Positions 49,540 through 58,695 of a stretch of DNA of 64,000 bases are shown here, piece by piece. The notes below the pieces were generated by a model. It searched no databases, was not told the origin of the DNA, and was given only the letters and a program-made list of their open reading frames with translations. Source of the DNA: Coprothermobacterota bacterium (GTDB lineage: Bacteria > Coprothermobacterota > HKB111); contig JBBIUB010000002.1 of the NCBI GenBank assembly GCA_037440465.1, positions 9,705 through 73,704 on the forward strand, in the 5' to 3' direction. Position 1 is the stretch's first letter; every line of letters starts with the position of its first letter. Position numbers and translations under genes: made by a program.

Positions 49540-50349
49540 ATGAAATTCTATATATCTATTGATTGGGAAGGCATTTCAGGAGTTGTATCCTGGGAACAGC
49601 AGGATGATATAAAATCCCCATCCTACTTAGAAACAAGGAAGAGGATGACCCGAGAAGCTAATGCTGTTATTGAAGGCCTTTTTGAAGGAGGAGCTTCTTA
49701 TGTTTTAATAAACGATTCTCATGGCTATATGACAAATATTCTCATAGATGAATTAGATCCAAGAGCTGAGCTAATTATGGGCTCTCCAAAACCGTACTCC
49801 ATGGTAGAAGGTTTGAACTCGGAATTTGATGGAGCAATCCTGTTGGGTTACCACCCGCGAGCAGGAACAGAAAAAGGTATCTTAGACCATACTTATTCTA
49901 GTGCAAGTATATATGAACTGAGAGTCAATGGTGAACCATTTTCGGAAGGAGACTTGAATGGATGTTATGCAGGTTCTCTGGGAGTTCCCATAGTATTAGT
50001 CTCTGGCGATAGGGCTGCAGTTAATGACCTCCAAAAAAGGTTTAAAGGAGCTTTAGGAGTGATAACAAAAGTTGCTGTTAGCAGAAGTGCTGCTCGTTTA
50101 ATACATCCACAAAAAGCTTATGAAGAGTTAAAGAACAAAGCCAGACAAGTAGTAAGCTTAACACCCACAATTTTACCAGTAACACCTAAACATCCAATAA
50201 CCTTAGAGATAGATTTTGTTAACTCCCAAAAAGCTGAAAGTGCCACAATTCTTCCTGAATCAGAAAGAATGGGTCCAAGGACTGTTAAGATAACTGCCCC
50301 TGATATGGTAACAGCTTACCGTAGATTTCTCGTTCTCCTCAGGTTATAA
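49540..50349 (+). CDS. M55 family metallopeptidase (D-aminopeptidase DppA-like)
   Basis: MKFYISIDWEGISGV N-terminus typical of M55. Start placed at the ATG with GGAGG 8 nt upstream, not the TTG of the ORF track. Confidence 0.8.
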   Translation: MKFYISIDWEGISGVVSWEQQDDIKSPSYLETRKRMTREANAVIEGLFEGGASYVLINDSHGYMTNILIDELDPRAELIMGSPKPYSMVEGLNSEFDGAILLGYHPRAGTEKGILDHTYSSASIYELRVNGEPFSEGDLNGCYAGSLGVPIVLVSGDRAAVNDLQKRFKGALGVITKVAVSRSAARLIHPQKAYEELKNKARQVVSLTPTILPVTPKHPITLEIDFVNSQKAESATILPESERMGPRTVKITAPDMVTAYRRFLVLLRL

Positions 50350-50375
50350 CAAGTGTAAGTTAGTGAGAGATAATT

Positions 50376-51122
50376 ATGGCTATTTTCGAATTTGACAAGG
50401 TTTTCAATCCTGAAGATTATTTTTATATCTATTCTCCAATGATCACCATTGAGAGGAGCTTGCTACAGGCTGATTTCATCATTCAAGCTCTTGAACTCGT
50501 AAAAGGAGTAAAAGTACTGGACCTTTGTTGTGGCCATGGACGTATAAGCAATCTTTTAGCTGAAAGAGGTTATGCCATTGTGGGGTTAGATGCCTCAAAT
50601 AGCTTCCTCAAGATTGCCAGAGAAGAGGCTAAGAAACTCAGATTAAAGATAACTTATCTACAAGGAGATATGAGGAAAATCCCCTTCAAAGAAGAATTTG
50701 ACGCAATCATAAATATCTTTACTAGCTTCGGTTATTTCTCCGATGAAGAGAACTCCAAGGTTCTAAAAGGGGTAAGCAAAGCACTGAAACCTGAAGGTAA
50801 ATTTCTAATTGATGTAGTGAACAGAGATTGGGTGCTTAAAAATTTTCTACCTTACATAGCATCACCACGGGGAGAGGATTATGTGGTAGAAATAAACACT
50901 TTTGATGCCCTCACCTCCATTAATCTGACGGAAAGGATATTGTTTAAGGAAGGTAAGGTCAAAAAAACAAAATTCTTCGTCAGAATGTATACTTATACAG
51001 AATTAAAATATCTCCTGTCCCAGGTAGGCTTAAGGGTTATAGCCTCCTACGGCGGATTTAAAATGGAAGAGCCATTTTCTTTGGACTCCAGAAGGATGAT
51101 ATTAATCTCCCAAAAGGAGTAA
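50376..51122 (+). CDS. class I SAM-dependent methyltransferase (paralog of 26484..27230)
   Basis: 248 aa; VLDLCCGHGRIS motif I; FDAIINIFTSFG. Collinear with, and about 40% identical by eye to, the other copy. Confidence 0.8.
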   Translation: MAIFEFDKVFNPEDYFYIYSPMITIERSLLQADFIIQALELVKGVKVLDLCCGHGRISNLLAERGYAIVGLDASNSFLKIAREEAKKLRLKITYLQGDMRKIPFKEEFDAIINIFTSFGYFSDEENSKVLKGVSKALKPEGKFLIDVVNRDWVLKNFLPYIASPRGEDYVVEINTFDALTSINLTERILFKEGKVKKTKFFVRMYTYTELKYLLSQVGLRVIASYGGFKMEEPFSLDSRRMILISQKE

Positions 51123-51151
51123 AAAATCCTAAGAATTAAAACTGAGGAAGT

Positions 51152-51958
51152 TTAATTTAATACTGAACCAACAAGTTCCTTAAGCTTATGAATACTATCC
51201 TTAAGTTCTTTTAATGGATCTTTAAAAGAAAAAATCTCTAATATAGCAGTGCCTTTAAACCCTTTAAGGAAATCTCTGTATTCTTCATAAGGGATAGAAC
51301 CCTGCCCTACTGGTAGATGTTCATCAGCAAAACCATGGTTATCATGAAGATGGAGGTGAACTATGTCATCTTTTAAAATATCAAGACTTTCCTTAATATC
51401 TTTTGCTATATATCCATGTCCAAAATCAAAGGTAACTTTTAAATTAGAATCATAAGTAGAAAGTAGTTTTTTCATCTTATCGGGTTTGTTCACCACCCAG
51501 GTATTCTCTACACCCAGATTCTCCACAGCCAGAATAATCCTATATTTTGAGCTAACTTCATTAAGTTCCGAAAGTAACTTTTCCATTCTTTCTCGTGCAG
51601 CATTTAATATTGGCCCATAAGAAATGGGTGCAGAGGCGGGGTGAAATACAGCTACTTTTGCGCCTACCTCTGAAGCAAATTCGAGGGCTATTAAATTTTC
51701 TTCCCGTGTTAACTTATAAATTCCATCATTTAAACTTCCGGTGTTGAGGTCTAATGCTGGAAGATGAATAGATAAATCCACTCCTTCTTGATCTTTAACT
51801 ATACGAATATCTCTGGCTTTTTCTTTGAAGGGAGTATCTCCAAAAAAGAGAAAATCACCAAAAATCTCCACTAATCCAACGCCCAGTTTCCTGGCTTCTC
51901 GGATAGCTTCTGTAACCTTAAGATGTCCTGTAGCAAGTGCAGAAACTCCTAACTTCAT
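51152..51958 (-). CDS. sugar phosphate isomerase/epimerase (xylose isomerase-like TIM barrel)
   Basis: 268 aa; AP_endonuc_2-type TIM barrel with the HLHLHDNHG metal-binding region. Confidence 0.7.
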   Translation of the reverse strand: MKLGVSALATGHLKVTEAIREARKLGVGLVEIFGDFLFFGDTPFKEKARDIRIVKDQEGVDLSIHLPALDLNTGSLNDGIYKLTREENLIALEFASEVGAKVAVFHPASAPISYGPILNAARERMEKLLSELNEVSSKYRIILAVENLGVENTWVVNKPDKMKKLLSTYDSNLKVTFDFGHGYIAKDIKESLDILKDDIVHLHLHDNHGFADEHLPVGQGSIPYEEYRDFLKGFKGTAILEIFSFKDPLKELKDSIHKLKELVGSVLN

Positions 51959-51998
51959 TGAAATATCCTCCTTTTTAGTGTGGGTTTTATCCTGAATC

Positions 51999-52087
51999 TG
52001 GTGCCGGGGGTGGGAATCGAACCCACACGAGGTTTACCCTCAGCGGATTTTAAGTCCGCTGCGTCTGCCTAATTCCGCCACCCCGGC
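51999..52087 (-). tRNA. tRNA-Leu (TAA)
   Basis: Reverse complement GCCGGGGTGGCGGAATTAGGCAGACGCAGCGGACTTAAAATCCGCTGAGGGTAAACCTCGTGTGGGTTCGATTCCCACCCCCGGCACCA: class II tRNA with a long variable arm and anticodon TAA. Confidence 0.9.
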
Positions 52088-52093
52088 TATTGG

Positions 52094-52169
52094 TGGAGGC
52101 GAGGGCCGGATTTGAACCGGCGAATAGCGATTTTGCAGACCGCCGCCTTAGCCACTTGGCTACCTCGCC
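52094..52169 (-). tRNA. tRNA-Cys (GCA)
   Basis: Reverse complement GGCGAGGTAGCCAAGTGGCTAAGGCGGCGGTCTGCAAAATCGC...GGTTCAAATCCGGCCCTCGCCTCCA; anticodon GCA; discriminator U. Confidence 0.9.
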
Positions 52170-52200
52170 TTCTTCCTTATAATTATATACTAAAACTCCA

Positions 52201-52640
52201 AAATCACTGACAATTTTTCAGGTGTAAGCGTCCATAACCTAATGGACTTTTGAGCATCTTGAATAAAGGTATCTATATAATACCTTAAGGGAGATAAACC
52301 AGCAAGGGATTTATGGGGCTTTTTGGTGTTGTACCAGATAAGATACTCCAGCAAGCCTTTGTTGAATTCTTCGGTATCATAGAGCTCATTTAAGTGTTAG
52401 TTAACCTACTGTTCCTGTAAGGTTCTGTGGAATCTTTTAATATGAGCGTTACTCTGGGGATGTCTGGGGTAATTATGGAAGTGTAGGAACTCCATGATAC
52501 AGAGTCTCTCCAATACAACCTGTCTTTGAGGATTCTCTTCATTGTTCAGGAGCTTCTTGAGCTTCCTTAAGTTACTGTATAAAAGGAGAGACGAGAGATT
52601 GGTATTCCAATATGTTTCAAAACTTCTGCAGGAAGTGGGT
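52201..52640 (-). pseudogene. IS481/IS3-type transposase (integrase-core C-terminal region), frameshifted remnant
   Basis: Minus-strand frames give ...LHFHNYPRHPQSNAHIKRFHRTLQEQ* and, in another frame, EYLIWYNTKKPHKSLAGLSPLRYYIDTF.... This is the conserved ERFnRTLKeE / WYNteRPHssL tail of DDE integrase-core transposases. Stops and frameshifts are present and no intact N-terminal HTH or DDE region. Confidence 0.7.
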
Positions 52641-52861
52641 CATTTCAGCATTATGGTTGGTTCAAGGTCTAAAAAGAATAGATCCTGAAATAAATTCAGG
52701 ATGACAACAATAAAATATATTCCGCTTATCATCATTTCTTAAAAGGCAGAGAAAGTGTGGGAGTGTAATTATGTGTATTATTAAATAGTTGAGGTTAGCC
52801 CGTAGGTTGATAATTAAATTACCTTAAACTTCAGAAAAATGGTAAAAAAGGGAGGAAAAGG

Positions 52862-53263
52862 ATGGTTGCGTTAGAAATTTTTTTAAATACCACCACCCGT
52901 ACCGAGGCAGTGGACATAACCCCCAGAATAGAGGCGATACTGGAGCGTGAAATGGTAAAGGAGGGTCTATGTTTCATATATGTCCCCCACACTACTGCTG
53001 CAATCACTATAAACGAAAATGCTGATCCCTCGGTGATGAAAGACTTCATGCAGAAAATGGAAGAGTTGGTACCATGGACAGCTAAATATTCACATACTGA
53101 AAGTAACTCTGCGGCTCATATCAAAGCCATTCTTTGTGGTAGTAGTGTTACGGTGGTAATAAAGGGTGGAGAGCTCTTGTTGGGTCGGTGGCAGGGTGTA
53201 TTCTTTATGGAATTTGATGGACCAAGAAAACGAAAAGTATATATAAAAATAATAAAGGGATAA
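52862..53263 (+). CDS. yjbQ: YjbQ family secondary thiamine-phosphate synthase enzyme (UPF0047)
   Basis: 133 aa; EIFLNTTTRTEAVDITPRIE...CFIYVPHTTAAITINEN matches the YjbQ family. GGAGG RBS. Confidence 0.8.
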   Translation: MVALEIFLNTTTRTEAVDITPRIEAILEREMVKEGLCFIYVPHTTAAITINENADPSVMKDFMQKMEELVPWTAKYSHTESNSAAHIKAILCGSSVTVVIKGGELLLGRWQGVFFMEFDGPRKRKVYIKIIKG

Positions 53264-53292
53264 CCCTTTAATTTTTATTAGGGGTTTAAAAT

Positions 53293-53367
53293 TGGAGCGG
53301 GAAACGGGATTCGAACCCGCGACCCTCAGCTTGGGAAGCTGATGCTCTACCGCTAAGCTACTCCCGC
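53293..53367 (-). tRNA. tRNA-Gly (CCC)
   Basis: Reverse complement GCGGGAGTAGCTTAGCGGTAGAGCATCAGCTTCCCAAGCTGAGGGTCGCGGGTTCGAATCCCGTTTCCCGCTCCA; anticodon CCC. Confidence 0.9.
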
Positions 53368-53375
53368 ACAATAGA

Positions 53376-53451
53376 TGGTGCCGAGGGACGGAATTGAACC
53401 GCCGACGCAGGGATTTTCAGTCCCTCGCTCTACCGACTGAGCTACCTCGGC
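53376..53451 (-). tRNA. tRNA-Phe (GAA)
   Basis: Reverse complement GCCGAGGTAGCTCAGTCGGTAGAGCGAGGGACTGAAAATCCCTGCGTCGGCGGTTCAATTCCGTCCCTCGGCACCA; anticodon GAA. Confidence 0.9.
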
Positions 53452-53531
53452 AACATTAGTTATTATAACATCTCATAACAATATTTCAAGCACGATGTTA
53501 AATTATAAAAATTGATGGATAATTGATGCTA

Positions 53532-53789
53532 CTATTTATCTATAATTTTATAAACTATATCCTCCTCCATCACTCTTTCTTCCACTTTAAGACCAAAAGA
53601 ATCACCAACTTTAACTTCATCAATGTTTTTATGCTCTATTTGCATAGAAGTAATAACCTGAGTAAGATCTGTTCTTCTGCCTTCTATCCGAATAGTATCA
53701 CCTAACTTTAATGGAACATACAATACATCTACTACAGCTACCCCAATCCGGTTGAAATAATGTTTAACCTTGCCAGCTTTTACCTCCAT
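53532..53789 (-). CDS. small hypothetical protein (EF-Tu domain-2-like beta-barrel suspected)
   Basis: 85 aa ORF with coding-like composition; no diagnostic motif. Confidence 0.4.
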   Translation of the reverse strand: MEVKAGKVKHYFNRIGVAVVDVLYVPLKLGDTIRIEGRRTDLTQVITSMQIEHKNIDEVKVGDSFGLKVEERVMEEDIVYKIIDK

Positions 53790-53824
53790 AATATTACCTC
53801 CCTCTACGCTCTTCTAAAAAAGAG

Positions 53825-54274
53825 TTAAAATAGCTTTCTTACCATCATGCAGATAGCAGGATGGTATGTTTGAAGAATTTCTCCGCCCTTCCCATTAACT
53901 TTCTCGCATTTTTTTAGACTTGACTCCCAGGTTTTTAATAACTCTTTTACCTCTAAACCTTTTTCTGCCACTTCCCTCATACCTGAGCTCCATTGCAACT
54001 CATAAGGAAGCTCAATGACTAACCTTAAATCACCATGACCTGTTATCTCTATATCTATTAAATTATCAAACTCCTTCCTAAGAGCTTCTGTTAGTATAAC
54101 TGCAAGGTTTTTTGGTATTTGCTGATATAATTTATCTTGATACATACCAGCTCTATTCTCTCTTTTAGACCGCTTCAGGAGCGTAACTCTATCTATAATT
54201 CCTTCTTCAATTGTAGGGTCATAACCATTTTCTTCTATCTCGTAAGAAATTCCCAGGATATCAACAGTTTTCAT
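53825..54274 (-). CDS. hypothetical protein
   Basis: 149 aa ORF with a coding-like codon pattern; no recognisable motif. Confidence 0.4.
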   Translation of the reverse strand: MKTVDILGISYEIEENGYDPTIEEGIIDRVTLLKRSKRENRAGMYQDKLYQQIPKNLAVILTEALRKEFDNLIDIEITGHGDLRLVIELPYELQWSSGMREVAEKGLEVKELLKTWESSLKKCEKVNGKGGEILQTYHPAICMMVRKLF

Positions 54275-54389
54275 AAACCCTCCTTATTTTATTATATATT
54301 CCAACTAGGTCATCCCTCGTTGGTTTCATTGGAGCTTACCTCATAAATCTTTCATTATTAACAACTTCTTCTACAAATTCCCCACTTGT

Positions 54390-54822
54390 CACTACTAAGG
54401 TTGCTTTCGACTTCTCTTAAATCGAAGGAAACACCGAAAGTTTCATTTAACACCAGAAGCCCAGTAGCAAGATCCTTAAACCCTAATAATTTCTGGGCTT
54501 TAAGTTATTTATCTTTAATAAAGTTACCTTTATTAACTGCAACTTCAAAATTATTTTTTAAAATACCTGAGTCCTTCAAGTGCATCTATATCACTTATGG
54601 GAGTAACATCGTTAGAAAAATAGCCTTCAAGTAGGTGTGATAGTGTATCTATTCCCGTGTTAATTATAATATTATCAGGAAGATTCATTGAAAGCTCAGG
54701 GTCAATAAGAGAGACTACTGGTAATATTTTTGCAGATACTTTGGATACCTTTTTTATTTTCTACACCTTCTTTGATGTTCTTCAGGCTGGGGTTAGGTTC
54801 AGCCATCTTCTTCCTCCTAATA
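54390..54822 (-). pseudogene. iron-containing alcohol dehydrogenase remnant (frameshifted)
   Basis: Minus-strand frames give MAEPNPSLKNIKEGVENKKG...* and then ...SLIDPELSMNLPDNIIINTGIDTLSHLLEGYFSN.... This is the Fe-ADH metal-site motif (TG.DALSH..E.Y.S). The reading is broken by frameshifts and stops. Confidence 0.6.
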
Positions 54823-54874
54823 GATTAATCTTTTATTAAATTATATAACATTATGCCTATGATATAATTTCCCC

Positions 54875-55969
54875 ATGATTGAAATATTTAATCTAAAAAA
54901 TACTTCGTTAGATAATGCTATTGATTCTATCCTAAGCCCTATATATTCGAAAGTAAGAGGAGTAGAGGTTCTTTTAAAACCAAATATATTGGGTGCTTAT
55001 CCGCCAGAAAAGGCTGTAACAACTCATCCCGACCTTATAAGAACTTTATATAGAAAGCTTAAAGATATGGGTGCTAAACCAATTGTAGGAGATTCTCCAG
55101 GGGGAACAGTAACTGACCCCAACATGGCAGCAAAGATATCAGGAATATATGATGCATGTGAAGGCAATTTCATTAATCTAACTGGTGATATTGTTGAAAT
55201 AAACCTTCCAAAAAACCCGAAAATTCCTAAAATATGGGTTTCAAGAAAGTACTTAGAATCACCATTCGTAATTAATATTCCTAAGATGAAAACCCATAGC
55301 TTAACTATAATAACTGGAGCAATAAAAAACCTTTACGGTATTATTCCAGGTAATTTCAAACTACGCCTTCATTCAGAAGCACCAACACTTGAAGAATTCT
55401 CAAGGTTGCTTGCAGACATCTATGAAATAAGACCACCAGATTTAAATATTATGGAAGCCATTCTTGCTATGGAGGGTGAGGGACCAGCTCACGGGCAACC
55501 AAAAGAAGTTGGTTTAATTATAAGTTCAGAAAATGCTGTAGAACTTGATGCTATCACTTCACAAATAATGGGAATACCTCCGATTAGAGTTGCCCATCTT
55601 AGAATTGCCCATCAAAGAGGATTAGGTGATATTGAACCAGCAAAAATAACTATTTCAGGGACAATATTAAAAATTCCTTCGTTTAAACCCCCATCAGCTC
55701 TCAAAAGTTTTTTAGAAAAAACCTTGAATCGTTATGCTCGTATTTTGACTTTAACACCCGAATTAAACTTTGAAAAATGTTCAAAGTGTGGAGATTGTAC
55801 CCAGAATTGTCCCCGAAACGCGATTGAACTATTGCCTTATCCCAAGATAAATAGTAAGCTTTGTATATCCTGTTTTGTTTGTGCTGAAACCTGTCCTAAG
55901 GGTGCTCTAATTATTCCTACAGTAAAGAAAGAAATGTTAAATCGTATAAGAAGGAGGATTTTGAAATAA
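54875..55969 (+). CDS. DUF362 domain protein with C-terminal 2x[4Fe-4S] ferredoxin domain
   Basis: VLLKPNILG DUF362 hallmark; C-terminal CSKCGDCTQNCP and CISCFVCAETCP. Confidence 0.75.
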   Translation: MIEIFNLKNTSLDNAIDSILSPIYSKVRGVEVLLKPNILGAYPPEKAVTTHPDLIRTLYRKLKDMGAKPIVGDSPGGTVTDPNMAAKISGIYDACEGNFINLTGDIVEINLPKNPKIPKIWVSRKYLESPFVINIPKMKTHSLTIITGAIKNLYGIIPGNFKLRLHSEAPTLEEFSRLLADIYEIRPPDLNIMEAILAMEGEGPAHGQPKEVGLIISSENAVELDAITSQIMGIPPIRVAHLRIAHQRGLGDIEPAKITISGTILKIPSFKPPSALKSFLEKTLNRYARILTLTPELNFEKCSKCGDCTQNCPRNAIELLPYPKINSKLCISCFVCAETCPKGALIIPTVKKEMLNRIRRRILK

Positions 55970-56844
55970 TGAATATATCTCTAATCGTAAATCCAGTGGC
56001 TGCAGCTGGAAAAGCTAAGAAAATGGGAAGTCCAGCAGCAAAAATGTTAGAAGAAAAAGGTTGTAATATAGAATATTTAGTAAGCCAATACCCTGGTCAC
56101 CCAATGAAACTATCTTATGAAGCATTAAACAAAGGAGCTGATATCATTGTTGCTGCTGGAGGGGATGGAACTGTATCAGAAGTTGCAAATTCTCTTGTGG
56201 GAACCAAAACTCCTTTAGGAATCCTTCCTTTTGGCAGGGGAAACGATATATCAATGAGCTTAGACATTCCATCTGATCTTGATAAAGCTGTAGATATTAT
56301 TTTATCAAGAAAAATAAGAACCATAGATGTAGGTAAGGTTAAAGACAGGTACTTCCTGGGGATAGGAGGTGCGGGTTTTGATGGTGAGGTAGTTAATCTG
56401 GCTAATCGATATCGTTCGCTTCTCCCCTCGCCTTTCCTGGCTTATATAGTAGGTATGGTAGTAGAGCTTATTATGTTCACTCCCAGAGTTATTACAGTCG
56501 ATATTGATGGTGACAGGCATGATTTCAAGGCATATATGGTTATGGTTGGAAATGGTCCCCAGTATGGTGGAGGAATGATAGCTTTACCAGGTGCTTCTTT
56601 GGTTGATGGAGAACTTGATATATGTATAATAAAAGATATAACAAAATTAGATTTCTTAAAGACCTTCCCCAAGGTATTTAAAGGTAACCATATCTATCAC
56701 CCAGGGGTTGCTATTTTAAAAGGAAAAAAGATAACCCTTTCCTCTGAATCACAATTATTTACTCATGCAGATGGAGAAATCCTGGGTCATCTTCCATCTA
56801 CTTTTGAAGTATTACCAGCTAAACTTAATGTAGTTTCACCTTGA
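55969..56844 (+). CDS. diacylglycerol kinase family lipid kinase (YegS/DagK type)
   Basis: IVAAGGDGTVSEVAN catalytic motif; start overlaps the DUF362 stop as ATAATG. Confidence 0.8.
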   Translation: MNISLIVNPVAAAGKAKKMGSPAAKMLEEKGCNIEYLVSQYPGHPMKLSYEALNKGADIIVAAGGDGTVSEVANSLVGTKTPLGILPFGRGNDISMSLDIPSDLDKAVDIILSRKIRTIDVGKVKDRYFLGIGGAGFDGEVVNLANRYRSLLPSPFLAYIVGMVVELIMFTPRVITVDIDGDRHDFKAYMVMVGNGPQYGGGMIALPGASLVDGELDICIIKDITKLDFLKTFPKVFKGNHIYHPGVAILKGKKITLSSESQLFTHADGEILGHLPSTFEVLPAKLNVVSP

Positions 56845-56846
56845 AT

Positions 56847-58367
56847 TTATAAAGATATACCAGGTTCTTTATAAACTACTTTTCCCCTGGTTATTGTCAT
56901 TAATGGATTTAAATGAAGTATATCTTTCTGGGGTATCTTAAAGGGGTCTTCTTCTAAAATCACTAAATCACCAGCTTTGCCTAATTCAAGTGTACCCCCT
57001 TTTCTCTCTGAACCAACAGCATACCAACCATTAATAGTAAATATTTTTAATGCTTCTTTAAGTGTGATTCTTTCTTCTTCGTTTGGGTGATTGATGGCTG
57101 AAAAAATACCCAGGAAGGGGTCTATGGGGGTGACAAAGGAGTCTGAGCCACCTGCTACCGTTAATCCTTTATCTAAGATTCTTCTAAAAGGATTTGTCAG
57201 TTTGTGCCTTTCTCCTAACCTTTTCTGATACATTTTGCCTTCTCCACCCCATAAATATTCAAAAGTAGGTTGCATGCTTAAGGTAACGCCAAGCTTTGCT
57301 GCAAGATTAATATGTTCTTCTGTAGGAAGTTCAAAATGCTCAATTCTATGCCTTAAATGGTGATAAGGAAATTTCTTATAAGCTAAAGAGTAGGCTTTAA
57401 GCGCCTCGTCAATAGCATGATCACCAATTGCATGTAATGCCATCTGAAGATTCATGCTATGAGCTTCTACAACAAAACCCTGTAATCTTTTTGGATCAAA
57501 ATACAACACTCCTCTACTATCGGAATCTGAATATGGTTCTTTCAATGCAGCAGTATGAGAACTAAAAGAACCATCTACAAGTAAACATCCTCCTATCCTC
57601 CGTAATCCCAGTTCAACTACATGTCTGATATTAGTTGTCTGATAATAGAGAGTAGTTCTTATAGGGAGGTTCTTCTGGATTTTTAAAAAAGCATCTATAC
57701 TAGCTGGAGGTGAAGTAAAACCCCCCTCTAATGCATGCACAAAAGTAACGCCTTTTTTTAATATGCTTTTGGAAAATTCTTTCAATAGTACTGAAATCTC
57801 ATTAACAGAATACTCATTATAAAACTTTGAAATTGCCTGGCTGTATTCTTCTCTCATCAATAGGTTGGAATTTGTATGAGAAGTATCTTTACCTATAGTT
57901 TTAAGACCTTTAGAGTTTGTAATTGCTGAGTGTCCGTCCCGCCTCGTTATTAAGACAGGTTTCATTGGCGAAGCTTCGTCTATTTCCTCTAAAGTTGGCA
58001 ATACTTCTCCAAAGCGGGAAGGGTCCATGCCCCATCCAAGAACGACTTTACAATTGCTATCTTTTGCTGTTTCTCTTACCTTTATAAGAATTTCTTGGGG
58101 GGAATTAGCAGATAAAAGGCTAATCTCCTGACTTTTGAGGGCACTCATTACAAGATGAACATGAGAATCAACAAACCCAGGAAAAACTACTTTACCCTTT
58201 ATGTCGATAAAATCCCCGCCCTCTCCAACCAGCTTTGCTGATAGAGAATCTCCTAAAAAAACAATAGTTCCCTTCTCTATTACAATAGCTTGAACCGGCT
58301 CATGAGAGCTAATAGGGTATATTACTCCGTTTAATAAAGTAAGCTTTTGCTTATTGTTAAAGCTCAC
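56847..58367 (-). CDS. amidohydrolase family protein (Amidohydro_3 / YtcJ-like)
   Basis: 506 aa; metal-binding HVH near the N-terminus (GFVDSHVHL) and a C-terminal amidohydrolase fold. Confidence 0.7.
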   Translation of the reverse strand: MSFNNKQKLTLLNGVIYPISSHEPVQAIVIEKGTIVFLGDSLSAKLVGEGGDFIDIKGKVVFPGFVDSHVHLVMSALKSQEISLLSANSPQEILIKVRETAKDSNCKVVLGWGMDPSRFGEVLPTLEEIDEASPMKPVLITRRDGHSAITNSKGLKTIGKDTSHTNSNLLMREEYSQAISKFYNEYSVNEISVLLKEFSKSILKKGVTFVHALEGGFTSPPASIDAFLKIQKNLPIRTTLYYQTTNIRHVVELGLRRIGGCLLVDGSFSSHTAALKEPYSDSDSRGVLYFDPKRLQGFVVEAHSMNLQMALHAIGDHAIDEALKAYSLAYKKFPYHHLRHRIEHFELPTEEHINLAAKLGVTLSMQPTFEYLWGGEGKMYQKRLGERHKLTNPFRRILDKGLTVAGGSDSFVTPIDPFLGIFSAINHPNEEERITLKEALKIFTINGWYAVGSERKGGTLELGKAGDLVILEEDPFKIPQKDILHLNPLMTITRGKVVYKEPGISL

Positions 58368-58377
58368 TTATGTTTAC

Positions 58378-58539
58378 TTACCTTTTCCTTTTCTCTTTCC
58401 TTCTCTTGAGGACAGATGGGGGATCAAAATATTCGTGCTTCTTTATATCTTTAAAAATCCCTTCCTTTTCACACTGTTTTCTGAACCTTTTAACCAGGTT
58501 ATCTACACTTTCATTATCTTTTTTAACAACTTCCGGCAT
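58378..58539 (-). CDS. rpsU: 30S ribosomal protein S21
   Basis: Not in the ORF track (53 aa). Minus-strand ATG at 58539 with GGGAGGT SD. Translation MPEVVKKDNESVDNLVKRFRKQCEKEGIFKDIKKHEYFDPPSVLKRRKEKRKR aligns to bacterial S21 (MPVIKVRENE...RFKRSCEKAG...). Confidence 0.85.
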   Translation of the reverse strand: MPEVVKKDNESVDNLVKRFRKQCEKEGIFKDIKKHEYFDPPSVLKRRKEKRKR

Positions 58540-58695
58540 TCACCCTGACCTCCCTTCTTTTTGGAGTCTATTTCATTATTTAAAATATTATTTTTTTAAG
58601 AAATAAAAAGGGTTGATTAACAGATAGCTCAACAACTTCTGTAGCAACCATTTTTTGCCTTTAAAATATACCATAAAAAAACGGAAAATACAAGT

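Noticed and set aside
53090-53371. 93-aa minus-strand ORF
   Set aside because: Completely overlaps tRNA-Gly(CCC) and runs toward tRNA-Phe. It is an artefact of the tRNA sequences.
53825-54274. Archease assignment for the 149-aa protein
   Set aside because: It resembles archease in size only. The HTAD/KAVTYH-type archease motifs are absent.
56115-56672. Three minus-strand ORFs of 69 to 76 aa
   Set aside because: Antisense to the DagK-family gene, which has clear motifs.
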